In this document: one piece after another, positions 30,470 through 51,140 of the stretch
Numbering within the stretch: position 1 is the first letter of the stretch
How the letters are laid out: each line of letters begins with the position of its first letter
Source of the DNA: the human T2T-CHM13v2.0 reference genome, Homo sapiens
Length of the DNA stretch: 64,000 nt
Assembly (NCBI RefSeq): GCF_009914755.1
Contig: NC_060934.1
Strand: one strand, 5' to 3'
The notes under the pieces: generated by a model
What the model saw: only the letters and a program-made list of their open reading frames with translations
What the model was told of the DNA's origin: nothing
Databases searched by the model: none
Made by a program: the position numbers and the translations under genes

Positions 30470-31093
30470 TGTATTCCATGTTTTTCAAACTTATACTATA
30501 TAATATATATCTTTCTGAATCTTGCTCTTTTTGTACAACATTGTGACTTATCCATGATAATATATTCTGATTATCCATCTTAATATGTACTGCTTTCGTT
30601 CATTCCTTTTAACAACTGTATAGTTTTCCACAGTATGAGTATATCACAATCTATTCTTCTAATGTTTTCATAGTATAAACAATGCTGAAATGAATATTAA
30701 CCAATGACCTTATGTTATACAGAGACTAGTAAGTAATAAGTATTGCCCAGCTCCCACCACCAGTACTCTTAAGTTTTGGATAAACTCTAGTATTTGGCAA
30801 CATACTACCATATTTGCCTATTAGAATATTAATTATGTATTTTTGAGTCAGTATTTAAAATTCAGGTGTATTTTTTTTTTTCAGTTTGACCAGTTCGACT
30901 CAAAAATAAAAAATAATTATTTAATATTAATCTGTTGGAATGAATAATGAAATTACGGGTGTTTGAGATTATTTTTATGTTAAATACTAGTGCCCGATTA
31001 TGTTAAAGTAGAAGCACTTCATTATAACTGTTCAGCTGGGTAAATTTAAATTGTGGTATTTCACATATTAGAAATATTTTGTCTTGATTGCAG

Positions 31094-31245
31094 GATTTAC
31101 GGAAGGCTGCAGTCCTTATCTTTGCAAATAAACAGGATATGAAAGGGTGTATGACAGCAGCTGAAATCTCGAAATACCTCACCCTTAGTTCAATTAAGGA
31201 TCATCCATGGCACATTCAATCCTGCTGTGCTCTCACAGGAGAAGG
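31094..31245 (+). CDS. ARL5B: ARL5B exon 5 (G4 NKQD, G5 CALTG)
   Basis: ttgCAG|GAT ... GAAGG|GTAAGT; 152 nt, phase 0 to 2. Confidence 0.97.
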
Positions 31246-32277
31246 GTAAGTTCATCCGTCTGAGGGGAGGTATGACTTCTTTCAAATTTCTTCCAACTTT
31301 TTAGGCCAACTTGTTTTCTTCATGGGTCCTGTTCCTTTTCTGTTTGTTTGTTCTTAATTAAAGGTGACTTTTATAATGTGTCTCAGGCTTACAACCTAGA
31401 AATAATTCTAGTAAAATCACTGGCAACTTAAAAACTTTTAATGTAAATATAATGTTTTACCAAAAAGCAATAAACTATTGAATTGAGTTTTCATAATCCA
31501 AATTTTTTTCTTTGTTGCCTTTATCATATACTGAGAAAAAAACTGTAATGTCACCTTTCTTTTAAAAAGGAAGCTTGAAAGAAATTTCACATTTTCTGCA
31601 AGGACTTAAACCTGAGCTCTCAGCTTTCTGCAAGAGTATGTCTTCTTTATTATTAGGAGGTCTTTTGGGAGGCATATTTCCAGACAATAAACAGTTGAGA
31701 CAAATGCCACATGGTCTATTCTTCCATCTCTAACAATTTGAATGTGGGTATTAGGCCAAGAAGAACCGAATGTTATTTAAGTATTATCCTGTTTATATCA
31801 GAGAACTTATCCTCAAATCAACCTCACCTTCTTAGTTTTTCTCTTAGTATTTATCAGAAATAGCTTGCAGTAATAGCTGTGTGTAGGCCTTTTTGACTCA
31901 TACTTTTAAGACTGAGTCTAAGTATTCCATTCTTTAGAATTGAGGAGGATAAGGTGAAGTTGCTATTGACTTTCTCCAGTCGTTAAGTTTCAGTTAATTT
32001 TAAAAGGCGGGGAGTATTTGCACTCTTCATGGCAAAACTGGCAAAGTTGTATCTTCAAGATGAGACTGAAGCAATTTCCCACAAACTGATTAAGAATATT
32101 TAAGAGAACATTCCATTTAAAAATTTCACTTATTATAGTGTGACTTGAATGTTGACACTGATGTATATAAATAATGATTGTGCTACCAGCCTTTGGTTAA
32201 GACCTAAAAATAATAAGTACGCTTTCAGTTTTTAAGTATAAGGTTTTTAATTAAAAATACTTCTATCTTTTGTTTAG

Positions 32278-32326
32278 GTTATGCCAAGGTCTAGAGTGGA
32301 TGACCTCCCGGATTGGTGTGAGATAA
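32278..32326 (+). CDS. ARL5B: ARL5B exon 6 CDS (LCQGLEWMTSRIGVR*)
   Basis: ttttgttTAG|GTTA; TAA at 32324-32326. The six exons total 46+61+148+84+152+49 = 540 nt, i.e. a 179-aa Arf-like GTPase. Confidence 0.97.
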
Positions 32327-35300
32327 CTTTTTTGCTTGAAAGAGACTGCTCTATTTATTCTGTGACATGAACATTTTTTCCTAGTACCTTTGGCTGCTAA
32401 GGCAGCAGCATGTTTAATTTATAACAACACAAACCTCTGAGAGCAACACTTGAATCAAGTGCAGCTGAACTGGAACATAAAAGATTTTTTCTTAACTTTT
32501 TTTTTTTAACACACTAATCTTCAGTTGGATGAATGTAATGTATAACTATGTTTTCAGCAACAATTCTTCTGTTTATTCTAATTAATCAGTGACTGCCTTG
32601 TAAGAAATGTTTGTCATATGCGTGATGTCTTCTGAAATATTCTTATAACCTTAATGACCAATTGCTTTCAATTCTTGACCAGCACTCCCTCCCAACCAGA
32701 GAATTACTGGTTTGATAGAGTAGTCTTGGAAACCATCAGGTACTGCCTGCAGACTTCTCCAGCACTAAATATATTTGTTCCCTCTATAAACCATTCATCT
32801 TTCGGACAGAACTTACTGTAAAGAAAGAAATCTGCCTAGAGGATATATGTAAGGAAGATTCCACATCATGAGTACTTGCCTTTTAACTTTCCCCCACATT
32901 ACTGTTGAGTCATGGAATAATGTTTAAGTTGTTATTTGCATGGAAATTAAGTAGGCTGTTTATTTATCTAAAGGAATCAAGTCCACTCTTCTGCCTGCAA
33001 CATTTGTTCAAAAACTAACCGAGGTAAAATATTTATTTGAAAGCCCAACTTTGATGTTAAATATTCTTGAATAAATCTGTTATTTTAAGAATATCACATT
33101 ATTCAATGCATATAAAACTATCAGAAGTTAGTAAATCATACCAGCACTAAAAATAAGACAATTGGAATATATTTTAGCATCAGTTTACAAACAACTTTAT
33201 TATCAACAGAAATTTTAGCTCTTTTCTTTGCAAGATATATCACAGCTGCTTTGGGCAGTAGCTGAAGCCGAAGTATGAACAGTCCATTTTGTTTCTTAAA
33301 ATTTGAAGTCGTGTCTGTCATAGCATTTTTACTACCAGCAGTATGTTACTTAAAAAACTACATGGCTTTCCTTGAATTTATTTGACGGTATTATGTAATA
33401 GACTTGAAACAATTGCCATCTTTGTAGTTATGCCTTGGGTTCTAAAATGTTATAGGAAACTGCTGAATTGAATCCTAGCTTTTAGAATATTAATAGGAGA
33501 CTCAAAGTTAATATTCTTAACAACTTAAAATTAAAAAAAGTCATAATCTATCAAAAGTTTATTTATTGGATGGCATTAAAACATTTTTGAGGCAGTTGTC
33601 TAATATGAACAATAATCTAAACAATATATTCCTTAAATTAAGAGGAAAGACAAGTGTCGTATTTCGATCCTGTTTATTCAAATGTGTGATTTTGCTGAAA
33701 TGAAAGGGATAAAATGAATACTTAGAGAATAATACTTCATTTTTGCAGTACTTTTTAATTTTGATAAAAAAGATACAAAGTTCATAATATCAAAATATGT
33801 GTTCAAAATTGGTATTTTAATTTTAATATTTTTGTAAGTTGATTTAAATTTTGCTCTTTTTTCAGGTGTGCTTGGTTTATTATATTTAGTCAAGTTAATT
33901 TAGTCGAATGTGGTAACATTTTTCTGATTTATCTTTAGTTGGAGCACACCCTTGAACTGAACAGTGGCCAAAGGAAAGCTTTCTGGGCTTTGGAAAGTAG
34001 TTGTTTAACTTTGTTTTAAGCCGTTTTCTTAGTGATTCTGTATCAAGTAGAGGATAAGTGTAGTTTAACTTAGTTTTTAATATAACCCATAATCAAGAAC
34101 ATGAGCGAAAAGCAGACATAAATCGATATGGATGGTTTGTGGTGTGTGTGGGATGTGGGGGAATTAAGAAAATGCCATTTACCTAAGCACAGTTTGCCTG
34201 AATTTCTGCTTGGTTGTGTTGTTTACCGTAAGTACTGAGGGTAGTTTCCCTAAGTCTGTCCTGAGAAAAAGCATACTTAGTACTCCTGTATTTGTTCTTA
34301 TGAAATGACTATCTGCCTTCTTGTATCTAGTAAGATTGGCTGGCTCAATTTTCTTCTGTCAAATTATATGGTTATTTTTTATATTACCACATCAGCATTA
34401 TATTAAAAGTGTTTTTAATAGTTGATTGTATTTTGCCAACTACTAGTATAGACTCAAATTTGCTATTTAATTTTTAAAATACAATTTATTTTGTAAATCC
34501 TTTAAAAAATATTTGGTTAGTTTTGGATTAGAAATGATTTATGTTAGCCATGTGTTGAAGATGAAATTGGCATCAGTGTAGACGGTGCTGATTGGGAAAA
34601 GTTCATGATTAGGAAATTCATGTAAGACTTTTTAAGAGTATTTTTTAGGTTTTCACTCAATCTTTCCTGTCACAGTAACGTGAAAACTGATTATTCTTTA
34701 CTCCAAGAGAATGTTTTAACCCAAGCAAGTATCTAATACTAGAGCATTGGTTCTGACATTCATTGTAAATCAGTGAACTGTAAGATACTGTCTAAAAAAT
34801 GTACATTTGTAATTAGTGCCTTTATTCATATTTTGAAATAAGTTCTTAGTTTTATATTATACCTGTTCTTTAGAAGTCATGTTAGCAGCTAATTATTTCA
34901 GTGATGAAATAATTTGTGTTTTATATCCCCCTTCACCTCCATGTATTGGTTAGCACAGTTTATAGTAAGTGAAAAGCAAGGGACCCACCTACATTACCTT
35001 CAGGAGACTGTTCTACCTTTTAATTTGAAAACAAGGAAATTAAATTTCAACAGAAATCTTTTAAGTATGTTATAACCAAAGTGTTCAGTTATCCTTGCAA
35101 GTTCAAATACAGCATTTTTCTTAATTTTGAGCGTGTCATGTCCTTCATCTTTAAACCCATCATTCTTATTGAAGCCCATTTGAGAACTCTTAGAATTAAT
35201 AGAACCTTTTATAAGGGAATATATGGAATATTTTTTATTGTTAATGTAACTTAATTCCTTAAAACCTGGAATATTAATATATATAATCTATTAAAAGCTG

Positions 35301-38300
35301 AAGATTAAATATGTAATTTTTGCTTTTAGTTTCTTGTGTTAGTATGCTTAAAGGTATCAATACTTTTATTCTATATTCATTAGAAGAAAGGTAATAAATT
35401 TAAGTTTCATTGCTGAAAAATTTTAAATGAGTGCCACCCCATAGCCATAGTCATTTTGATTAAGCATAATTTAACTTTCATTATAGCATAAAGAGAAAAT
35501 AATTATTTTAGTATGGAAACAGTGATAGGCAGTGCTGTAAACAATATTCTCTGAAAAGTTGTGGGGGTCACAAAGAAAATTTTAAAGAATATAGAAGCTT
35601 TTTTAAAAAATCTTTTTAGTGTAGTTTCTTAGAACAAATTATAAACATAATCATTCTGAATAATCAATTTTTATTTAGTCCTTAACTATGTAAAACCGTA
35701 TCAGTAGAAAAATGTGCTGGTGTCGTGTCTAAAGATGGATAAATTTCTTTGGAATTTATCTTTGGAGACCAACTTTATGAGGCAGACTTTTTGTCTACGG
35801 CTTTGGAACCAAAAAAACTTCACTCTAATTCAGTCCTAAAGGCTATTTTACATTTTGCCGGGGTAAAGTGACTTCAAGATACAGCATGGTGTCTTGTATC
35901 TAGTAGAATATTGTGCTAGCCATCTAAAAAAGTGGATTTGAGCCTTAATTTGGCCGTTTCTCAATTGTCTAGTTGACCTTAGACAATTAGTGTCCATGGC
36001 TTTCCTTTTGTTTTTCCCATACTGAGGAACTTAAACTACAGCTCTAAAATGTCTTTTGGTTTTAAAATTCTGAATGCTTATATACTACTATTAAAAATTA
36101 AAAATCCCTCAAATAGTAGGGAAATACAGGTAATATGAAATTAAATGTATTTTTATCCATTATTTGATTCCCACCTGTTATTTTATTTAGAATACGAATA
36201 CAACCAAGTAGGGAAAAACGTATCAGTAACTGCTATTCAACTTAAATTCAGCGAATTAATAGCTGAATAGAAATAGCTAATGACAATGCAAAAGAGAAAA
36301 CAAGCCATATTGCTAAGAAAAGGATAGTAAGCTGCTTAGAAAGAACCAGCCTGTGTTGGAAATAATTCTCTTCTAGATAATTTACCTTATTTTCTTGGCT
36401 TGTACTAATTGAATGGAAGTGGTTAATTTGTTCAGAGTTTATTGCCGTTTGATGCCACCCCAGTCTATAGTTCTGTGTGACTTTCCATATTGAAAGAGTA
36501 GGGTTAGTAGCCAGGTTGTCAGTCTTTTACAAATGTCTACATAAATGTCTACATAAATCTGAAAGTGGTTTATATTCAAGGTTAGTTTTTCAGTAGCGTC
36601 TCCTCCTTATTCATTCACTTTTACTGTGAAGACTGAAATCCAAAAGCCAGGTTCCCCAAAAAAGTATTTTTAAAAAATTTTAGGGGACCAAAATAAATAG
36701 AGGAAGACCAATATAAAAAAATATGTTCAACTATTCCATTTTAAATTTAAAGCAGAAAAAAAAATTGTGCCCCTCAGACCTAAAGGCAGCTTTAAATGTA
36801 TATAGTTTGGTGAAACATTTGGGAAATATTAATTTGGAGGTTTAGAAGCATACGAAAAACAAATTCAAAGCACTTGAAAGTAAAGACAATATCATGAGGT
36901 CGAAAAAACTTCAAAAGGATATTAGGTAAGAGAAAATGTGAATGAAAGCAGTGAATTTCTGCCTCTCCTCGTATTTAGGGTACTTAAAATTACTAAAAAA
37001 TACTGTCTTTTTACCATACAGCTAGATGGCCTGTATTATTCTTAATGTGGCCAAAGGAGTGAAGACTGATTAGGGTTTTAGAATTTGGAACTGTAGTCAC
37101 ATAAAGGCATCTTTTGCATTTCTTAAACCAGTAATCTACATTTTCTCCTGGAAATGGAGAAATATGAAATGTGCTGTGCATAGCTTTTGGAATAGAAAAC
37201 AAAGTTTTAAAAGAATGGATATGTTTTCTTGCACAACTTGTAAAATTTTAATTAAAAAATTACCTCATTTTTCAATCCATAAGGTGCTTTGCTCAAGTTT
37301 GTGGGATGTTTGTACCATCCCATAAAAACCCCCTTCACCCAAACTGTATTTGAAATATGCAAAATTCATAACTAAGGGATAGCATTCCTTGGAGACTTTG
37401 TTTTGTTTTACTCTTGTTTACCAGCTGGGCCAACATGGTAGATATATGAGATTCACATATGGTTTCATTAAAGCACATAGGAAAGTGCTCAGTCAATATT
37501 TAATTAGTTTAATTAGATAAGGGAAAGGAGAAATCCTAAATTTGATGGATTCTTTTATACTGTGAATATATTTCCATCAGTGTTGGTAAGATATCAAATG
37601 ACTATCAGTTGATCCCAGTCATCAGTGACTTATTTGCATATTTAAGCCCTATTCACAAGAGACCATAATCATTTTAATCTTATATTTTCCCTCAGGAAAT
37701 TTAGGGACTCTGAAGCCCCTATTTTATTCTCTTGGAGTAAACTGTTGAGTGTAGTTACAAAAACTTTTATTTATGACTTAAAAAAAGTTTAGCTGCTATT
37801 TCAGTGAAAGTGTAAAATAAAACGGTCATGATTTTTTTCAATTACAGAATAGTTACAAATTTTACCATGTTCATCTATTCCACAGAGCATGTTAAAAACA
37901 ACAACAACAAAAACCTAACAGCAATTACAACCTTGGTGTTGCGTTTATTCTAATCAGAGTGAATGATTATAATCACACTTTGCTATTTTAACATAAATTG
38001 GTGCTTTAGAGCATTAAAGAGGAAGCAGCAGGCCCTGTACTCAGTATTTATTATTTCTTGCCTCAGAATGCAAAACAACTTTAAAGTGTCTATATTCATA
38101 TATATGTGCATTTCTTAAGATTTAAATACAAACTGTTGTTACTCCTTAAGCTTCAGGCTTTCTGCGAAAGCTCTAAGAATATCTTCATTACTATGCTTGG
38201 TCAACTGGAAGATGGTATTAATAAGGTCAGAATTAGGAATTGGATTGCTCTGTGGGTCCTCCGGTATTGTGCAGAGGAAAGAAAAATGTCTTTCACACCA

Positions 38301-38750
38301 CAAACTGTGTGTCTGAACCCCAGCCAAACAAATGTGTTCCATTGGTCCAATATATAAGCATTAACAACAACAACAAAAAATTTAAAACAAGTAAATTAAT
38401 GCATTCACATGATCACTTCTTGAAAATGGTTCAAAGCATGTTTTCCTGATGGTGGGATTGTTTAAATGACATGTTTTAAAGTTTTTAATACTTTATTAGT
38501 TATGAAGTGCTTCTTTTATATGTTAAGTTTAGGTTGCCAGTACTCATAATTTTTATTTCTGCAATTATGTTATAATGAGTTGTTTGCATGCCTACTTAAC
38601 CCAAGTAAAACGATGCTGTTTGCTCTGGAATGTTCATCTTTTAGACAGGTTTTGGCTCATTTCCAATCATGGTGCAATATAGTGTAACATTCATTTGTTT
38701 TCATTCAACAGTTTTATTTTTGTCATAATAAATAATTACTTTTCCAATAC
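32327..38750 (+). other. ARL5B: ARL5B long 3'UTR (~6.4 kb)
   Basis: AT-rich and free of recognisable interspersed repeats. Ends at AATAAA 38727-38732, followed by a GU/U-rich element (gtgttttctttt ~38763). Repeats resume just after it. Confidence 0.75.
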
Positions 38751-38775
38751 GAAGTGAATCCAGTGTTTTCTTTTA
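38727..38775 (+). terminator. ARL5B: Distal poly(A) signal of ARL5B
   Basis: U-rich upstream stretch, TGTA at ~38684, AATAAA, downstream GU/U-rich tract. Confidence 0.7.
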
Positions 38776-38789
38776 AAGGTAAATCTGCT

Positions 38790-41037
<2,248 letters not shown>

Positions 41038-41807
41038 CAGATGCATGTGGTTCTAAAGCTGTTCACTACCAGGGAGAAAGGTTCAAGAAACTTGAGCTCT
41101 GGCTTCGTTTTCTCTTACTGACAGAATGAAAGGGAAATGAAAAAATTTCCTCCATATATGCTTTGCCCAAAAACAAAGTTCAGGGGATGCATAGGCATAA
41201 TGGAAGTCACTTGGCTAGCAACGGCAATTTGTATTCAGAACAGGGACCCTGTGGCTCAGAAGAGGTGGAGAGAAAAGGCTTGGAGAAGGATTTCACATTC
41301 TGAGGGAATTCTTAGCTATATGCCTGCCTGAGCTAAATAGGAACTCTAACTCCCTCTGCTTATAAACAAAACAAAAAGCAAACACGGATGCAAACAAGAA
41401 CAGTGGCTCCTTTTCAAACCTGTTTTTTCTTTCCTTGTCAAAGTTATAATTTCCTTTGAGAAAATTATAACTTACATGACGTGCATGAAACAATGTGCAC
41501 AATTTAACAAATCAGTAACGTGAACATATGTCCCCACCACTTATTATTGTATCCAGTATTGCTCTCTGGAAATGGCCAGCTTCATGTGGTTGTAGTTACC
41601 ACCCTCATTCAAAAGTACTTGAGACCATGTTCCACCTCTGAGGGTTTCCCAGGGTGAGATTAGGGCTGTGGCTGATTCTACCCCCAAACCCACAGAATGC
41701 CCCAGTGATAGTTATATGTATGACTGTGGTAAGGAGAAATTTGATAGGGAAAAAGAGACGTTGATTTCCCATCCATCTCCTTTATTTCCTGGAGCCTGTG
41801 GCATACA

Positions 41808-42472
41808 TGAAACCACCATTGCAAAATAATAACTGAGACAGTGAAAGAGATCTGACCCAACCAACTCCATCTTTTAAGAGCTTTTAACCTCCAAGCTGTC
41901 CTTGTTCATTCCTGGGAGCTGGCTGAACTAACTTTGGGAGGAACTCAGTTTATAGTTTGAAACAAAAACGATAGCCCTTTCCCAAGACAAATCCCCTTCT
42001 TGGCTGGCGACTAGACTTCCTTTGTGGGACTAACACATTAGCCAAAAGATTAGAAATTATTGTTTAGGAGTCATGCAGCTGTAGGCTGCACGATTCTAAA
42101 CCTCCCCAGATTGCTCCTGGGGATAACATCACTATTGTAAAACCTAAGATCAGTGTTTGAGATATTTTGTAGACCCTGCACTCAGTGGATCGGCAGGCAC
42201 CACCCAGATCAATAAACTGGCTCTTGTCTTGTGGTCCTCACCCAGGAAGTGACTCAGGGCAGCTTCAACTCCCTGTGATTTCATCTTTGACCTGACCAAT
42301 CAGAACCCCCGATTCACTGGCCCCCTACCTACCAAATTATCTTTAAAACCTCCAGTCTCTGAATTGTCAGGCTGTGCATGGATTACTCTTTCTCTATTGC
42401 AGTTCTCCTGTCTTGATAAGTCATCTCTGTCTAGGCAGCAAGCAAGGCGAATCCACCTGTTGGGTGGTTATA
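41808..42472 (+). mobile_element. Solo LTR8 (ERV1 class) with 4-bp TSD TACA
   Basis: TGAAACC...GCAAAAT...ACTGAGACAGTGAAAGAGATCT...CCTCCAAGCTGTCCTTGTTCATTCCTGGG matches the LTR8 5' end as recalled. Ends GGGTGGTTATA; TACA at 41804-41807 and 42473-42476. Confidence 0.85.
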
Positions 42473-43026
42473 TACAGATTGTTCAGGTCTGAGTTAATAA
42501 GGAAAAACAAAGAATTACAACAATTCAGCCCCGATTAATTTTGCTGAATGGTGGAGTCCTCAGTAGAGTTATAACTTCCAGTGACTCCAATGAATCCCAC
42601 TCTGTAGACCAGCCCCTACATTTCTAGATGAGACTCCTTTGATGATAACCTACCAGTAAGACAAATTGTGGTGCACTCTCTTAATGGGAGAAACTAATAA
42701 CCCTGCTTTTGATGGGGAAGGGCCAAAATGGGTATGCGCCCATAAAACTGAGAATAAAAAGGTTTTGTACTCCAGATTCAAGAAAGGAAAAATACTGTCT
42801 TTTTGCTATATCCCTACAGGTAAGAACGACAGCCCCACATGAATGCGTACGTCTCTGACAATCAATCAGTGACGAATCAGTGACGAGTCAATGCTTCAGA
42901 AAGTCAGCCAGTCAGTGAAAGTGAATGATCATGCTTCCACTGGGGGAATTTGATAAGAAGATTGAAACTCTTCCAATTCCCTGTGTTCCATTCAAACCGT
43001 ATTTTTGCTCATAGAGACTAACCCTT

Positions 43027-43200
43027 AGAGTGATTCTCAAACAATGATGTCAGCATCAACTAGGAACTTGTTAGAAATGCAGATTTTCAGACTCCATCCC
43101 AGACTTTTTATATTAGAAACTCTCAAGGTAAGGGCCCAGAAATCTAGTTCAACAAGCCCTTCAGATGATTCCAATGGAAGTTAAAGTTTGAGAACCACTG
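43027..43200. mobile_element. MER5A (hAT-Charlie MITE)
   Basis: gtgattctcaaac...gaacttgttagaaatgcagat...aaagtttgagaaccactg terminal inverted repeats. A weaker MER5-like piece lies at ~19250-19360. Confidence 0.8.
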
Positions 43201-43552
43201 CCTTATAAACCCAACTCTTCCTTGCTTTGGAAGGAATATCTGTTTTACATATTCACTGGTGGCCTTTTGCTTTAACAAAGTGAGACCATTATTATTTCTG
43301 GAGGAAAAGTGAAGAGATGGACCGAACACACTGTGCAGGGAGAAAGCTGGTGGAGGGGACAGGGTGGTGCTCCTCAGTCATAGGGAAGAACCCTGAGAGA
43401 GGAAAATAAGGGTTCCTCAGCTGAACATTTATTGGGAATTCAGATAGAATACACTAACATTAGCCATAGCAACCCAAGCTTGCTGGACTTAAAGTAGGAA
43501 AAAGAGCCTGGCAAACTCCAATCTGAGAGCCTGGAAAATGGCAATATCCAGC

Positions 43553-46469
<2,917 letters not shown>

Positions 46470-46797
46470 TGACCTTGTTCTTCTTGATCTTCTTGTTCTT
46501 CTCCTTCTCTCTCTCTCTTTTTTTTTTGTTTGTCATTTAATAAAGAACTCCAGAGGAGTTTAAATATGAATATAACTTAAATGTGACTCAGAAGAGGAAG
46601 ACAGGTGAATGCTGTTTTTTAAAAAGTGCTTTTTGAAATATTATTTTCTTCTCTTTGATAAAACCTGATATGGTGGCATAGAAAAAAATACCCAGCCTCT
46701 CACAACTCCTCCCCTCTCTTTTTAAACAGAATATTTCTTCTAACTTTAAGCTTCAGGGGCCATCAAGAGGTAAATTAGTTTTCTAGACAGTGTGTTT

Positions 46798-46811
46798 CCT
46801 CTAGATGGCAG
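46798..46811 (+). promoter_or_regulatory. Candidate CTCF site CCTCTAGATGGCAG
   Basis: Close match to the CTCF core CC(A/T)(C/G)YAG(A/G)(G/T)GGC(A/G)(G/C), in unique DNA. Confidence 0.55.
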
Positions 46812-47185
46812 AATAGGATTTTATTTTGCACTGTTGAATCCTCTTCGCTATTATTTGAACGTTTCTTATTACAGAAGTTTTAAAGTTATTTGGTAACTGA
46901 ATACATATTTAAAATTTTCTTTGTGCAGATAACACCTCGCCAGCCTAAAGTCACAGGAAGAATAGGCCTAGGTACACAAATGATAAATCTAAATAATAAT
47001 TTTTTAAAAAAAATTCAGAATGTTTGATAATCAAAGCTATGCTATCTTGAGTACATTGCTAATTACTTTGCCAAAATATAGATCCCACTAGACTGGCTTT
47101 AAAGGGTAGATGAGATTCATTAACTGATATTTATTATTGCTGCCCAGTGAATGTTGCTGTAGTCCTTGAAAATTACCCTCTTATT

Positions 47186-47284
47186 TGGTGAAATACACTG
47201 TCGCATTTACTTTTATGTTGCAAATGTGTTTACTGGTGAAATACACTGTCGCACTTGCCTTTATGTTGCAAATTTGTTTACTGG
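47186..47284. repeat. 48-bp tandem duplication (two copies)
   Basis: tggtgaaatacactgtcgca(t/c)tt(a/g)c(t/c)tttatgttgcaaat(g/t)tgtttac at 47186 and 47234. Confidence 0.9.
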
Positions 47285-47898
47285 CAATTTTTTTTCCCCA
47301 TAGAAATTTCAAAAATAAACTTTTTAAGAGTTTATTTCAAATAGACTAGAATAGACTTGGCTTAGTTATTAAGAAGTTTGAATTCATTGTATCTGAAAAA
47401 TGGAATTCAAATCAGATCCCTTAGCAATTATCATTTATTTATAATAGTTTATCATATAATGCAGTGTTGTCTCTGAATACAATTGCTATTGGAGATCTAT
47501 TAGTTTACTTCCATTTCTCAATAACCTGTTTCTACCAGAAAATGAATTTTCCACATAACAGACACTCTAGAAATACTTATGAATTAGAATTGATTTGAAT
47601 ACAGGTCACATTCCCAACTTTGATCTGAAACATCTAAGGAGATGTACTCACAGGTTGAAACCTAACCTTTCTTTTTAAAAGGGATCATCTTTTCCCCACA
47701 AAAAGCCTGCATCACATGCCTCCCAAATGAAGATCACTCTTTGTCTACTTGTACAGGGATGAAGTAACAAAGACTGATTTCGGAATTTTAGATTTACCCG
47801 TATTGAGATCTGAGGTCTGTAAGTTTTGTTGTAGCAACAGAGCAAGATAATGATTTGTGATTTCTCACTCTGATAATTTTGCCTATGAGTGACTGACA

Positions 47899-50414
<2,516 letters not shown>

Positions 50415-50448
50415 TATAAGCAACAATGACAAATGTCATCTAGAGTAC

Positions 50449-51140
<692 letters not shown>

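Noticed and set aside
37796-37812. IRE-like C-TATTT-CAGTGA-AAGTG in the 3'UTR
   Set aside because: The upper stem needs two G-U pairs and the lower stem fails after 2 bp; too weak.
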